Below, piece by piece: positions 10,493 through 21,356 of a stretch of 64,000 nucleotides of DNA. The notes under the pieces were generated by a model. The model was given only the letters and a program-made list of their open reading frames with translations. It made no database searches and was not told the origin of the DNA. The position numbers and the translations under genes were made by a program. Every line of letters begins with the position of its first letter. Position 1 is the first letter of the stretch. The DNA is from a virus (taxonomy: Duplodnaviria > Caudoviricetes): IMG/VR virus record IMGVR_UViG_3300028048_000042. The stretch is one strand, 5' to 3'.

Positions 10493-10687
10493 TGAAAAGA
10501 CAGGGAAATTTCCCTGTCTTTTTGTTTACTATCATATTTATTAAATTCCTAAACAATCTGAAAATTTGGGAATTTAATAAATTGCGAGATTGGTAGGAAT
10601 ATATTTTTCAAAAAAAAAGTATTGACATGCATGGTTATTTATGATACAATGATATTGTAAATAAGAAATGGTTACTTTGAAAGGAAA

Positions 10688-11200
10688 GTGATTATAATGG
10701 AAATTATGGAAATTTTGAATGCTGATATTTACGCTATTGGTGATGTAGAAAAACTTAACTCTATGCTTGATGTTTTACAACAGGCAGAAACCGACAAGTA
10801 CAATAGCTTTGAGGATTTTGTAGAAAATCTTGACACAAAAGATAAAGCAAGGTTGTATCAGTCTTATGCGGAAGCAACAAATAATGAAACGTTTTACACC
10901 ATGGATATGATTGATGAAGTGATGTGCGATTTGCCTTTTTCTGAAGCAATTCGCAAGATTGATAAACAGAAGTTTGATATTGACCATGAAATCTTTTGGT
11001 ATGACCGTTTTGGTGATATTGTAAGTGGTTCTATTGATGAATTTGTAGAGGAAAATTTCTATACGACTGATATTGTGCAGTGGTTAGAGCGTTGTGACTA
11101 TGAAGATGGTTGCGGTGTGATTAGTGACTTTGTTGACGAATTGACCGCTATTACAGAGAAAATTGATGAAGTGCAGGAGCAGTTAGAAGAAATTGGATAA
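10688..11200 (+). CDS. highly acidic protein (possible DNA mimic)
   Basis: roughly a quarter D/E; stand-alone cassette. Confidence 0.65.
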   Translation: MIIMEIMEILNADIYAIGDVEKLNSMLDVLQQAETDKYNSFEDFVENLDTKDKARLYQSYAEATNNETFYTMDMIDEVMCDLPFSEAIRKIDKQKFDIDHEIFWYDRFGDIVSGSIDEFVEENFYTTDIVQWLERCDYEDGCGVISDFVDELTAITEKIDEVQEQLEEIG

Positions 11201-11384
11201 AATATGGCAGGGAGTAAAATCCCTGCCTTTTTGTTTTACTTGCTTTCGATAAATTCATATATTGTCTTATATACGTGGTAGGTAAAAACATATTTAAAAA
11301 AAAGTATTGATATATATGGTTATTTATGGTACAATGATATTGTAAATGAGAGATGGTTACTATGAAATGAAAGGTGTGGTAATT

Positions 11385-11567
11385 ATGTTATGCGCTAGAT
11401 GTGGGCGAGAAAAAGGCATAAAAGAATTTGAAGATGAACTACTTTGCTCTCATTGCTTTGATATTAGAATTAAAGCACATAGAATCCTAGAATTTGCCTG
11501 TGGTGATAAATTCAGTTATAAAGATAGACTAGCAATAGAAAGATTAATAGAAAAATATGAAAAATAA
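11385..11567 (+). CDS. small Zn-finger-like protein (CARC...CSHC)
   Basis: two CxxC motifs; start reassigned. Confidence 0.65.
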   Translation: MLCARCGREKGIKEFEDELLCSHCFDIRIKAHRILEFACGDKFSYKDRLAIERLIEKYEK

Positions 11568-11813
11568 GAGGAAACCTTTTCCTCTTATTTTATCGAGGAT
11601 TGTATTGACAATGCTATACAAGTATATTGTTTGTTTACAATAAAGTAAATTCCTAAATTTTCAAACTATTTAGGAATTTATTGAAAGAGGTTTATCACGA
11701 ATTGTTGACAAACCTTTTTTAACAAAATGTAAAAATTTTTCTTGACATACATACATGTATATGATAATATAATAGTGCAAATGAAATTTAGTTATCTAAT
11801 AGGAGGTAGTGAA

Positions 11814-12368
11814 ATGTATGAAAGTAAAATAATTTTGATGGATAAACTCACGGATAAGCAAATCGAATTTAAGGTAAATGCTCATGGTGATATTGAGATT
11901 TTGCCAATCAAAAATGAAAATTCTTCCGTTACATTATGTCAAATTACATTTACTCCTATGCTTGTTAAAATCAAAGGGAAGCGAAAAGAATGGCAAATTG
12001 AAGCGGATGGCGAACGTCTTGAAAAAGTGTTCGACGAATTTGTTTCTTTCATATTCTATAATGAATATACAAAAGATATGTCAGCAATTGTGGATGTTTG
12101 GATAGAAAAATGTACGGAAAAGCATACATGCCCTATTTGTGGTAAAAAAATTCCTGTATTGTCAACAGAATGGTATGATGTAGTAAATATCAATGATGGA
12201 AATGATGTTTACGATAGTGTTTGTGAAGATTGTGTTGAAGCTAATAGTGCCTTTGATATTTACAAAAAAACAGGCGGTATTTTGTTTGATGATTTCGATA
12301 CAGAGATTGGGTATGATATTCGTACTTTTGTAAAACTCAAACAAAAATTAGAAGCAACTAAAAAATAA
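11814..12368 (+). CDS. hypothetical protein with CPIC...CEDC and DIYKKTGGI; related to 13955-14338
   Basis: AGGAGG RBS; shared C-terminal motifs. Confidence 0.7.
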   Translation: MYESKIILMDKLTDKQIEFKVNAHGDIEILPIKNENSSVTLCQITFTPMLVKIKGKRKEWQIEADGERLEKVFDEFVSFIFYNEYTKDMSAIVDVWIEKCTEKHTCPICGKKIPVLSTEWYDVVNINDGNDVYDSVCEDCVEANSAFDIYKKTGGILFDDFDTEIGYDIRTFVKLKQKLEATKK

Positions 12369-12446
12369 GTATTGACATATTGTTGTTTTTTTGATATAAT
12401 AAGTATATCAAATAGAAAAACATGTATTCAGTAGGAGGTAAAAAAA

Positions 12447-12797
12447 ATGAATAAGACTGATAAGGTGTATGATATTGAATGGGACGTTGACTTTGATGGA
12501 GTTATCAATACCATTATGGAATGGACTCCACAGAGCGTGGCAGAAGTGCTGAATAACATTTCTGAAAAAGAATGGATGGCAATGAACGACAAAGAAAAAA
12601 GCGATTTTGTTTTTGATAGTGTATACTATAATGGGGAAACCAATCATGAATTAGTTGCAAACATTATGGATTTGCCGAGAGAAGTTGAACTCCCCTTTAC
12701 GGTAAACAAGACGAATCCAAATTGGGTTGATGATGTTGCAGACTATTTGAGCGATGAATATGAGTTCACCGTAGGTGGTTTCAAATTGAAAGATTGA
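12447..12797 (+). CDS. acidic hypothetical protein
   Basis: promoter and RBS. Confidence 0.75.
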   Translation: MNKTDKVYDIEWDVDFDGVINTIMEWTPQSVAEVLNNISEKEWMAMNDKEKSDFVFDSVYYNGETNHELVANIMDLPREVELPFTVNKTNPNWVDDVADYLSDEYEFTVGGFKLKD

Positions 12798-12817
12798 CTA
12801 AGAGAGGATTGATATAT

Positions 12818-13114
12818 ATGTTCGCCATTATGAATACTATTCGTGATAATCAGCAATTTTCAAAAACAGTTGCTATCTTTGAGACTGAGGAACAGGCAAA
12901 TAAGAAATTTGAAGAACTTGTAAGCAATACTTATGACGATTTTGGATTCCCTTCTGAGGAACTTGACTTTTCGCAAACTGTAAACGAAAAAGACGGAGGT
13001 TGCTTCGTATTTGTAGCTACTGAAAAATCTTATCGTAATGCTATCCTTGAAAAGGGTTCGGACTTTGGTCAGTATATCACCAAAACAGAATATCAGATGG
13101 GTAAATTTATCTAA
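12818..13114 (+). CDS. hypothetical protein
   Basis: GAGG RBS; terminator follows. Confidence 0.7.
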   Translation: MFAIMNTIRDNQQFSKTVAIFETEEQANKKFEELVSNTYDDFGFPSEELDFSQTVNEKDGGCFVFVATEKSYRNAILEKGSDFGQYITKTEYQMGKFI

Positions 13115-13316
13115 AGCAAAACAGGGAGAAATCCCTGTTTTTTTTGCTTGTAATGTTTTAACAAATTCCTAAATTTTCAAACTATTTAGGAATTTGTTAA
13201 ATATGGTGGTAAAAACTTTTATAAAAAATCAAAAATAAGTATTGACATACAAGTAGATATTTGATATAATGAATTACAGATAAGGAAGAACGTATCAATA
13301 AAAGGAGAGATATTTT

Positions 13317-13706
13317 ATGACTAACTATCCAAAACTTAAAGATATGACTAAAAAAGATTGGCTAACTCTTATCAATGATGGCGTTGCCAAAGGTCTTGTT
13401 AAAGTTGTTGATTCTGATAATTTAGATAAGGAATACGGAACGCAAGGTATTGTTTGTAATATTGGTGATAATGCGTTTTATTGTTTTGAAAAAGCTGACG
13501 AATATGACAATGCAAATGGTAATGGTTTAGAACAGTTTATGAAGGATTTTTCGCAAGAAGAAATCAATGAACAAATTGTAGACCAACTTCTCGCTATGCA
13601 AGAAGAATATGTAGCCAACTTCGAAAACAATGGAGATAAAGAAATTTATGGTGAATTTGAACCAGAATACTCTTATTATTACTATCATCTTATAGACAAT
13701 ATGTAA
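13317..13706 (+). CDS. acidic hypothetical protein
   Basis: promoter and AGGAG RBS. Confidence 0.75.
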   Translation: MTNYPKLKDMTKKDWLTLINDGVAKGLVKVVDSDNLDKEYGTQGIVCNIGDNAFYCFEKADEYDNANGNGLEQFMKDFSQEEINEQIVDQLLAMQEEYVANFENNGDKEIYGEFEPEYSYYYYHLIDNM

Positions 13707-13954
13707 ATTTCAAAATAACAAAAAATAACAAAATGATGGGAAGCAGGGAGAAATCTCTGTTTTCTTTTTGTTCTACATCTAACAAATTCCTAAATAATTT
13801 GAAAATTTAGGAATTTGTTAAAAGGGAAGTTATTACCAAACTTGGTAAAGAATTTTCTTTTGTTAATGTAAAAGTTTTTCTTGACATACACACAAAATTA
13901 TGATATTATAATAGTGTAAAAGTGGTTCTGAATAAAAATTTGGAGGGAATAATA

Positions 13955-14338
13955 ATGTATAAAAATCATTTAAAACTTGCAGAAATATTGATGATTAATT
14001 CTATTCCGTTTAAGGTTTCTGAAAAATGTCAGTTTGAAATTGAAATGAATGATGGTAAATTTGAGATTCTAATTAATTCTGTTGTTGTCACAATGATAGA
14101 CAAGAATAAAGATAGAACGTGGTATTTTGAAACGGATAGCGACAAAATTGAGGAAATGTATAAGGCATTTATTCTATATATGTTGCATTATCATTCAAAT
14201 ATGGCTATCAAAATGATGAATGATTACATTGATAATAATTGTAAAAAACATCGTTGTCCTATTTGCGAAGATTGTCTTGATGAACCTTCTGTTGTAGATA
14301 TTTATAAAAAAACAGGCGGTATTTATGGGTTGTTTTAG
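13955..14338 (+). CDS. hypothetical protein related to 11814-12368
   Basis: CPICEDC...DIYKKTGGI. Confidence 0.7.
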   Translation: MYKNHLKLAEILMINSIPFKVSEKCQFEIEMNDGKFEILINSVVVTMIDKNKDRTWYFETDSDKIEEMYKAFILYMLHYHSNMAIKMMNDYIDNNCKKHRCPICEDCLDEPSVVDIYKKTGGIYGLF

Positions 14339-14432
14339 TAAGAAAAATTAATTTTAAGTATTGACATACAAATGAAAGTGTGTTAATATAGAAGCATGAA
14401 CAAAGTGTTTATCTAATAGGAGGTAATGAATT

Positions 14433-15044
14433 ATGGGTCAGTATTATTATCCTGTCGTAGGGAATGCAGAAGGTAAGGACATTACGGTATTTGACCGTAG
14501 TGTGAATGGTGAGTACACTATGGCAAAACTTATGGAGCATTCGTGGTGGAAAAATGACTGTATGATGAATATGGTTAAATTGCTTGTTCACAATCCTGTA
14601 CGTTTGGCTTGGGTTGGTGACTATGCAGAGCAGGACGATTTCGCAGAACCATTTGCAAGTGAACGAAATATCCCTAGTGATGTAGAACTTCCTAACGTTG
14701 AATATGTTTGGGAAGATGATACAGAAAAATACGGTTTTATCGGTAAAGGTGTTTCTTTGTATGGCAAATTCCTTGTAAACCATGATAAGAAAATGTACTT
14801 CAATTGTACGAAATGGTATAATTTGGCAAAGAAACAAAGTGGTAATTGGTGGGTTGTTCACCCTCTTTCCTTGCTTACCGCAGTAGGCAATGACCGTGGA
14901 GGTGGAGATTATCACGAAGGACACCTTAACTTTGATATGGTTGGCATTTGGGCTTGGAATTTGTTGAGCGTTGAAACCAAAGATACAATTCCTGCCGATT
15001 ATGAAGAAATTACAGAATTGCAGGATATAATCTTTGCAGAATAA
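14433..15044 (+). CDS. conserved-type phage protein (MGQYY...KLMEHSW...WVGDYA...HPLSLLTAVGN-RGGGD)
   Basis: motif pattern recalled from other phage proteins; strong RBS. Confidence 0.75.
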   Translation: MGQYYYPVVGNAEGKDITVFDRSVNGEYTMAKLMEHSWWKNDCMMNMVKLLVHNPVRLAWVGDYAEQDDFAEPFASERNIPSDVELPNVEYVWEDDTEKYGFIGKGVSLYGKFLVNHDKKMYFNCTKWYNLAKKQSGNWWVVHPLSLLTAVGNDRGGGDYHEGHLNFDMVGIWAWNLLSVETKDTIPADYEEITELQDIIFAE

Positions 15045-15165
15045 AAAAAGCAAATCCCCATCAAAAGATGGGGATTTTTTAGGTTTTAAGAAAAAAATAT
15101 CTTGACATATAAACATATTTTTGTTATACTGTTTATAGAAAATGAATTACATAATAGGAGGTAAA

Positions 15166-15393
15166 ATGATGATTAATGATGTAATGTGGCGGTTTTGTGA
15201 AACATTAGGGGAACAGTTTGCAATAGTTGAACTAAATCCTAATCGAAAAGAATCGGAATATTTTAATCGACTTGTGGCTGATTATAACAATTACAAAAGA
15301 ACTGCCACAAAAGAAGATATTGAGCAATGCGAAGTTGTGATTGAACGTTCTCGCTGTAAGTTTCTTAATGAATGTCTTAGCGTTGGGGAATGA
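15166..15393 (+). CDS. hypothetical protein
   Basis: AGGAGG RBS. Confidence 0.7.
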   Translation: MMINDVMWRFCETLGEQFAIVELNPNRKESEYFNRLVADYNNYKRTATKEDIEQCEVVIERSRCKFLNECLSVGE

Positions 15394-15688
15394 ATCAAAA
15401 AAGGTTATATTTTGAAATGAAGAAAACAGGGATTTCTCCCTGTTTTTCTGTTTCTGCATTTATTAAATTCCTAAATTTTCAAACTATTTAGGAATTTATC
15501 GAAAAAGAGGTCTGTCACGAATAATTGATAAGGTTCTTTTTTGTAAAATGCAAAACTTTTTATTTTATGAAGTTTTTTTATAAAATACAAAAAAAACGTA
15601 TTGACATATACTGCAAAATAGTGTAATATATTAAGTGTCGAAGGGATAATCCCTTAGTTAATCAGTTATCCAATAGGAGGTAATAATT

Positions 15689-16117
15689 ATGAAAAAGTAT
15701 AACAACGAAGCATTGAATGTTGCAAAACTCACAAAGTTTGAGGTGGCTTTCCTTACTGCTATGGCAGAAGAAGCACAAAGAGTGTATAACGATACCAAAA
15801 ATGACAGAATGGAACTTAGTGATGTAGCCAAGAATTTGATTGATGTAATTAAATTCGATATGTTCTGCATTGATGAAGATGTTGCCAATTATTATATTGG
15901 CATTGCAAAACAGATTGAAAAAATCTTTGCAAATCAAATCAACACCATGACCGAAAGCGTTGTCGCAGAGGATATTATTTGTGATATGTTTTGGGACACG
16001 GATTACACAAATTATAATATGGGTTGGACAAAAGAACAGGAGGAATTTGTAAAGAGCAAACCACTTACAATTCCTATCATTGATTTCGTTAACGGAAGCG
16101 TTCGTATTTACGGTTAA
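15689..16117 (+). CDS. hypothetical protein
   Basis: promoter and RBS. Confidence 0.75.
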   Translation: MKKYNNEALNVAKLTKFEVAFLTAMAEEAQRVYNDTKNDRMELSDVAKNLIDVIKFDMFCIDEDVANYYIGIAKQIEKIFANQINTMTESVVAEDIICDMFWDTDYTNYNMGWTKEQEEFVKSKPLTIPIIDFVNGSVRIYG

Positions 16118-16207
16118 TGGCATTTCAACGCCACTTGTAAAAAAGTAGCAAGTGGCGTTACTCTAAATGTTAATTTGTAATATGATATATTTAAGGAGTG
16201 AAGAATT

Positions 16208-16339
16208 ATGTTGAAAAATATTATTGCGTGGACAGGTGTATTTTTTGCTACTGTTTTAGGTGTACTGATTGGGGTATTTTTAAAGGCGTTGCCTTGGATT
16301 GCAGTAATTGGATTTTGTTATTGGTTGTTCTTTATGTGA
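16208..16339 (+). CDS. small membrane protein MLKNIIAWTGVFFATVLGVLIGVFLKALPWIAVIGFCYWLFFM
   Basis: AGGAG RBS; hydrophobic throughout; terminator follows directly. Confidence 0.65.
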   Translation: MLKNIIAWTGVFFATVLGVLIGVFLKALPWIAVIGFCYWLFFM

Positions 16340-16535
16340 AAAAAAGGAAGGTTTATCCTTCCTTTTTTTTATGCTATTTTTTATATTTAAATTCCTAAAT
16401 AGTTTGAAAATTTTAGGAATTTAAAATGAAGTTTTTGCAAAATAACTTTAAAAATAGTATTGACAAACACACTAAAATATAGTACAATATTTATAAATCA
16501 AGAAAACATAGTTACTTATAAGGAGGTAACAAAAA

Positions 16536-17354
16536 ATGATTAGTTATGAATTGTTCAAAAAAATCCACAAGCAAATTACAATCGGTCATAGAGCATTACA
16601 AAAAGCACTTGTGACAAAGCGTTACAAAATAAACACCAATGAACTTGGTATGCGAGAAAACATCACGGAAGTGCTTGATATAGAAAACGAAAACTATAAA
16701 GACAATGATACCACCATTTATGTCTTTATGGATAAACATGGATGGCTTGAAGTTTTTCTTGGCAATAAACCTTTGTCAACTATCATCAGTGCAAAACGTG
16801 GAAAGAACGTTCGCAAATACATTGTGGAAAATAATATTTGTCGTGTTTTTAAAACAATAAAAGGCGTTCGTTTTTTTGTAGAACCTAGACGAGATTCTAG
16901 CGATAGTGAGTACATTCGATATTCTCATATTCATCACAATGGTTATAACCATGACTTGCGTAACGCAGATACCGAAAAAAAACGAAATGAAATTTATTTA
17001 AAGATTAGTAAAGATAAGCGTGAGCGTAGAGAATATGAGCGATATACAAAATATCGCGATATACGATATGGATTATATAATCGACTGGAAAAATACAAAC
17101 AAAGCAAGGTTGAAAATGTATCGGACGAAAATATTAGATTAAAAATGAGTGCTTTTTTCAGTCTGTATGCGAATTGCGTTGCACAGAACGATTATACAAC
17201 TATTCGTGACAATTTTGGCAAATATATGTCAAATTTTGATAACGAATTTGATTGGTGTAGAAAAACTGTTGAACGTTTTAATGAATACACTAAATATCCA
17301 AACGATTTGCAAAATAAGGTAAAACTTATTGAAATGTTACAGATTGAGCATTGA
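16536..17354 (+). CDS. basic hypothetical protein
   Basis: 272-aa ORF with promoter and RBS. Confidence 0.75.
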   Translation: MISYELFKKIHKQITIGHRALQKALVTKRYKINTNELGMRENITEVLDIENENYKDNDTTIYVFMDKHGWLEVFLGNKPLSTIISAKRGKNVRKYIVENNICRVFKTIKGVRFFVEPRRDSSDSEYIRYSHIHHNGYNHDLRNADTEKKRNEIYLKISKDKRERREYERYTKYRDIRYGLYNRLEKYKQSKVENVSDENIRLKMSAFFSLYANCVAQNDYTTIRDNFGKYMSNFDNEFDWCRKTVERFNEYTKYPNDLQNKVKLIEMLQIEH

Positions 17355-17394
17355 TATTTTCCCCCACTTCTTAAAGTGGGGGATTTTCTATTTC
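17351..17394 (-). mobile_element. degenerate IS200/IS605 right-end remnant
   Basis: TTGATATTTTCCCCCACTTCTTAAAGTGGGGGATTTTCTATTTC resembles the tnpB right end at 42868-42910 (TTGACATCCTCCTCCACCTTTTTAAGTGGGGGATTCCTACTTC). Confidence 0.6.
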
Positions 17395-17567
17395 TTTTTT
17401 TTGTATCTTACACAGACTCCATAATAATCAGACAATTTAGGAATTTGTCAAATCACAAAAAGAAAAATCATAACATGCGTGAAAAAAGTGCTTGCAATAT
17501 TTTGTGACTTATGGTATAGTATATATAGTGAATGAAATAAGTAGGTTCTTAGAAGGAGGAACTAATC

Positions 17568-17981
17568 ATGAAGAATTTTTATTTGAGCGAAAAGGATTAT
17601 ACAGATATGGTAAATAGCTCTTACGTGAAAGAGTATCTTAATCCACAGTTTGATTTCTACAATTCCGCTGAACATATCAAGGAAAAATTGGAAAATGGCG
17701 AATTTGTCGTAAGAGATGGCGTTGTATATCACGTATATCACAATCCTACTGAATACAAAGTATCTCAATACGATATAGCACAGTTTGCACGTTTCCTTGG
17801 CTATCCTGTTGATTTACCAAAGCATAAGCAGGTGCGTGATAAAGACGTTCGAGATATGATTGCTAAAATGAGGGAACATGATGAACACATTTCAGCCGAA
17901 GAACGTTTCGAAATGGAATGTGCGTTTGGTAAAGGTACAACTGTTGTAAATATCATTACAGGCAAAACGATTCAGTTATAA
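17568..17981 (+). CDS. hypothetical phage protein (EERFEM..AFG.GT.VVNIITG C-terminus)
   Basis: promoter and RBS. Confidence 0.75.
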   Translation: MKNFYLSEKDYTDMVNSSYVKEYLNPQFDFYNSAEHIKEKLENGEFVVRDGVVYHVYHNPTEYKVSQYDIAQFARFLGYPVDLPKHKQVRDKDVRDMIAKMREHDEHISAEERFEMECAFGKGTTVVNIITGKTIQL

Positions 17982-18022
17982 TGTGAGGGAGGATTTACCT
18001 CCCCACTTAGGGGGAATATAAT

Positions 18023-18304
18023 ATGTTGTATGAAGAAATGAATAAAGTAAACGAACTTATTGAACAGGCTCGTGAATTAGATAATTTTATTTCTAGTCTT
18101 GATGATGCCATGAAAGCAGAAAAAAGGGTAATTGTTCACTTTGAAGGTAAACAGTATAATCAATGTATCAATTATCCTATAAAAGAACTTAACTTAGAGT
18201 GTGTACAGTTTATTCGGTCTGTATATTATAAAAAATTGGAAGAACTTGATAAAAAAATCAAAAAAGAAATGAAATCTATTGCAGAAAACATGGATGGTTA
18301 TTGA
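18023..18304 (+). CDS. hypothetical coiled-coil protein
   Basis: ORF followed by terminator. Confidence 0.7.
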   Translation: MLYEEMNKVNELIEQARELDNFISSLDDAMKAEKRVIVHFEGKQYNQCINYPIKELNLECVQFIRSVYYKKLEELDKKIKKEMKSIAENMDGY

Positions 18305-18523
18305 AAACAGGGGGGAGAAATCCCCCATTTTTGTTTCTGAAGTCATTAACAAATTCCTAAATAGTCTGAAAGTTTAGGAATTTGTTGTATATATTCTTGC
18401 GATAAAAAATAACAAAAAAAATAAAAAATGTATTGACATATACTTAAAAATAGTGTAATATATAAATTGTCAAAGGGAGTTACCCAATAAGAGATAACTG
18501 TAACCGACAAGGAGGAAAAACCG

Positions 18524-18712
18524 ATGAAAACTGTAAATGATGTAATTATGAGTAAAGATTCCGAAAGAAAAATTGAACTTTTGAAAATTCGTGCTAATGC
18601 TAGAGCAGAACGCAATGCAAAAGTACGTGAGTATGCAAAAATGCTTGTTGGTGGTGCTATTGGTGCTATCGGCTTGTATGTCACCGCTATTGGCTTGTAT
18701 GTTATTCATTGA
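18524..18712 (+). CDS. small protein with C-terminal TM helix
   Basis: AGGAGG RBS; hydrophobic C-terminus. Confidence 0.7.
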   Translation: MKTVNDVIMSKDSERKIELLKIRANARAERNAKVREYAKMLVGGAIGAIGLYVTAIGLYVIH

Positions 18713-18727
18713 TAGGAGGTAATTAAA

Positions 18728-19303
18728 ATGGCACATAATATTGAATATGCTCATTATGAAGAAAATGTAAACAAAATGGAAGTGCAGGCTGAATGGGACG
18801 ATTATGTAAGTCGTGAAGATTGGCAAGAAGGTTGTAGCGGTTTACCTAATAAAATACGTTGGATAAATCATGTTTGCGATTCTAACGAACAGGCAGAAGA
18901 ATATATTCGTAATCATGATAAAGGTTGGTATGACCAATTAGCAGTAAAATATAGAACCACTGTAACGCCCACAACTCAGACCTACAAGAAACTTGTAGCT
19001 AGGAGACAGGAAATCAGCAACACCTTAAACGAACGTGAGCACAAAATTCACTATTCGGCAGAGAATACAAAATCAGAATATGTGGCTTGCAAATGTTGCG
19101 GTTCACGCCTTGCAACAAAATATATCCGTTCTAACACCTGCCCTTTGTGCAAAGCAGACCTTCGCCCTGCTAGTGCATTAAATGCTATTGAAACATCAAA
19201 GAAAATGTTGAGGGGTATTGATAAAAAGATTAAAGAACTTGAAGTTAAGGCAAGTAAAAAAGCAAAAATTGCATGGCTTGTGAAAATTGAATATCACACC
19301 TAA
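18728..19303 (+). CDS. Zn-ribbon-containing protein (CKCC...CPLC)
   Basis: RBS; two CxxC motifs. Confidence 0.75.
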   Translation: MAHNIEYAHYEENVNKMEVQAEWDDYVSREDWQEGCSGLPNKIRWINHVCDSNEQAEEYIRNHDKGWYDQLAVKYRTTVTPTTQTYKKLVARRQEISNTLNEREHKIHYSAENTKSEYVACKCCGSRLATKYIRSNTCPLCKADLRPASALNAIETSKKMLRGIDKKIKELEVKASKKAKIAWLVKIEYHT

Positions 19304-19429
19304 ATAGAAAAGGGGAGAAATCCCCTTTTTTTAATATATTTTAAAAAAAGTATTGACATATATGGTAAACAATAGTATAATGTAATTAAAGATAAGGAAC
19401 TAACGGATAGAAGTTGGAGGTAAAAAATC

Positions 19430-19708
19430 ATGGACACGAAAAAAATTATGCAGGTAGAAAAAAACATCATCAAAATTATGGAAGAAAAGAAAATCTATGG
19501 TGGCGAAGTGTATTGCGACGATTCCCTGCCTGTTGTGTTTGTTGAAATTGAAGGGGATTGGAAACATGAACACCTTTTCTTGGATAATCTTCTAAAAAAA
19601 CATGGGTACGTTCCCATGAACAAAGAAATCCTTTCAAGTGATGGTGGGGATTGGTATACCGCAAAACACGCTTTCATTATTCCTAACGAAAGTTTGGTAC
19701 AAATCTAA
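19430..19708 (+). CDS. hypothetical phage protein (GDWKHEH motif)
   Basis: promoter, RBS, terminator. Confidence 0.75.
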   Translation: MDTKKIMQVEKNIIKIMEEKKIYGGEVYCDDSLPVVFVEIEGDWKHEHLFLDNLLKKHGYVPMNKEILSSDGGDWYTAKHAFIIPNESLVQI

Positions 19709-19885
19709 AAGGAAGGGGAAATTTCCCCTTCCTTTTTTTTATTAAGAGTTTTTTTGCAGTTTGAAGTAACCCAATTTCTATTAAGATAAATTCCTAAATT
19801 TTCAAACTATTTAGGAATTTATCTTACTTGACAAGTTTACATTTTTGGGGTATAATTAATGTAAATACAAAGGGAGGTTTTTGCT

Positions 19886-20215
19886 ATGCACTTGAAAAAG
19901 AGCCAAAACAAAATTTTTGAAGAAATGGATATTCTCGAAGAACAGTTACAAGAGGATATTCTTCCAAATCTCTCTAAGCCTGATAAGGTTAGGCTATTAA
20001 ACAAGTTCCATGAAGAAATCGGCATTGAAAGAGTAAATGAACTCGATGAAGATTTGTTCATGAGTTGTGTGTTTTTGCTTGCTGAATGCTTGCACAACAA
20101 TGATTATATCTGCGATGAATTAAAATCAAAGAAATACCACAGGTGGGAGCATAAGCATAACAAGCTATTTCAGCAATGTTATGAAATGGAAACCGCCATG
20201 TATTATCAAGGTTAA
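19886..20215 (+). CDS. hypothetical protein
   Basis: promoter and GGAGG RBS. Confidence 0.7.
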   Translation: MHLKKSQNKIFEEMDILEEQLQEDILPNLSKPDKVRLLNKFHEEIGIERVNELDEDLFMSCVFLLAECLHNNDYICDELKSKKYHRWEHKHNKLFQQCYEMETAMYYQG

Positions 20216-20329
20216 TCCTTGTGACAAAGAGGGGTAAATTCCCCTTTTTGTTTTACAAAATATTGAAAAAAAGTATTGACATATACACAGATATGTGGTA
20301 ATATATAATCAATGAAAGGGGAGATATAT

Positions 20330-20503
20330 ATGAAAACACTTAGAATTTCAGTAACAGGCATTGTGGACATTCCAGTGCCTAAAGAACTTGAAAATGAGGA
20401 TATTGATACCGTTTGGGAGAAAATGCAGGATGAAGTGTCAGGCATTAATTGCGGAGACTTATATTCCATTGATAGTGAGCCTTTGGATTTGGACGAGGAG
20501 TGA
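20330..20503 (+). CDS. small acidic protein
   Basis: promoter, RBS, terminator. Confidence 0.65.
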   Translation: MKTLRISVTGIVDIPVPKELENEDIDTVWEKMQDEVSGINCGDLYSIDSEPLDLDEE

Positions 20504-20606
20504 ATAATTGCGATAAGGAAGGGGTTTTCCCTTCCTTTGAATTATGTTTGAATAAAGGATAAGACAGAAAAATTTGCCTTTGCACTTGTATTATAGGGGG
20601 AGAGAA

Positions 20607-20810
20607 ATGATTAAACTATTAATCAATATGGGGACACCTAAAATCGTAGCAGTAATAATGATTTGTTCTGCCATATTATATGGTTGTTTAATGCGATTTA
20701 TTCCACAAGATTTTCAAGCACTTTATGTTTTTCTTGGTTTGTTTTTTGTACCATTTTATGTTGCAATAATAGCTATATTAGTAGCTATTGTTAAGTTAAA
20801 ATATTCATAA
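20607..20810 (+). CDS. small 2-TM membrane protein
   Basis: two hydrophobic segments. Confidence 0.65.
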   Translation: MIKLLINMGTPKIVAVIMICSAILYGCLMRFIPQDFQALYVFLGLFFVPFYVAIIAILVAIVKLKYS

Positions 20811-20824
20811 TGGAGGTAATTAAA

Positions 20825-21139
20825 ATGAAATGTGTAATTTGTGGTAAGGAAATAAAAAAAAGTATGTATATGAATGCGGTTCTTTGCAGTGATAAGTGTT
20901 TTTCTAAGCACTTTTGGCAGGAAACTCTTGACGATAATGCTATTATCATCAATGGAAAATGTTATCATATAGGAGATGAAAACGATACAGGTTATTTCCG
21001 TGGCTTTGGCGGTGCTAAATATACCATTAAAAAACATGATGGAACAATCATAGAAACGACAAATCTTTGGCTGAATGGCATTATCCCTAAAGAACTTTAT
21101 AAAGGCGATAACGCTGAATTTGTTTGGGATTATAAATAA
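20825..21139 (+). CDS. Zn-binding protein, close paralog of 22293-22601
   Basis: MKCVICGKEIK...CSDKCF...TNLW...DNAEF. Confidence 0.8.
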   Translation: MKCVICGKEIKKSMYMNAVLCSDKCFSKHFWQETLDDNAIIINGKCYHIGDENDTGYFRGFGGAKYTIKKHDGTIIETTNLWLNGIIPKELYKGDNAEFVWDYK

Positions 21140-21152
21140 TTGGAGGGTAAAA

Positions 21153-21356
21153 ATGAATAACGATACACTAAAACGAAAAAACCTTATATGGCTTGATGGT
21201 GGCGAAGTTAAGAGTGTTGATTTTGGCTATGATTGGCATACAAATGTCAAACCGCAAGCATTCATTAAAGCGGAGTCTGAGGTAGAAGTTGATAACAAGG
21301 CAGTTATTTACGACAGAAAACGCGATGGAGAAAAACACAGAAGTATATTGGATTGA
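21153..21356 (+). CDS. hypothetical protein
   Basis: GGAGG RBS. Confidence 0.65.
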   Translation: MNNDTLKRKNLIWLDGGEVKSVDFGYDWHTNVKPQAFIKAESEVEVDNKAVIYDRKRDGEKHRSILD

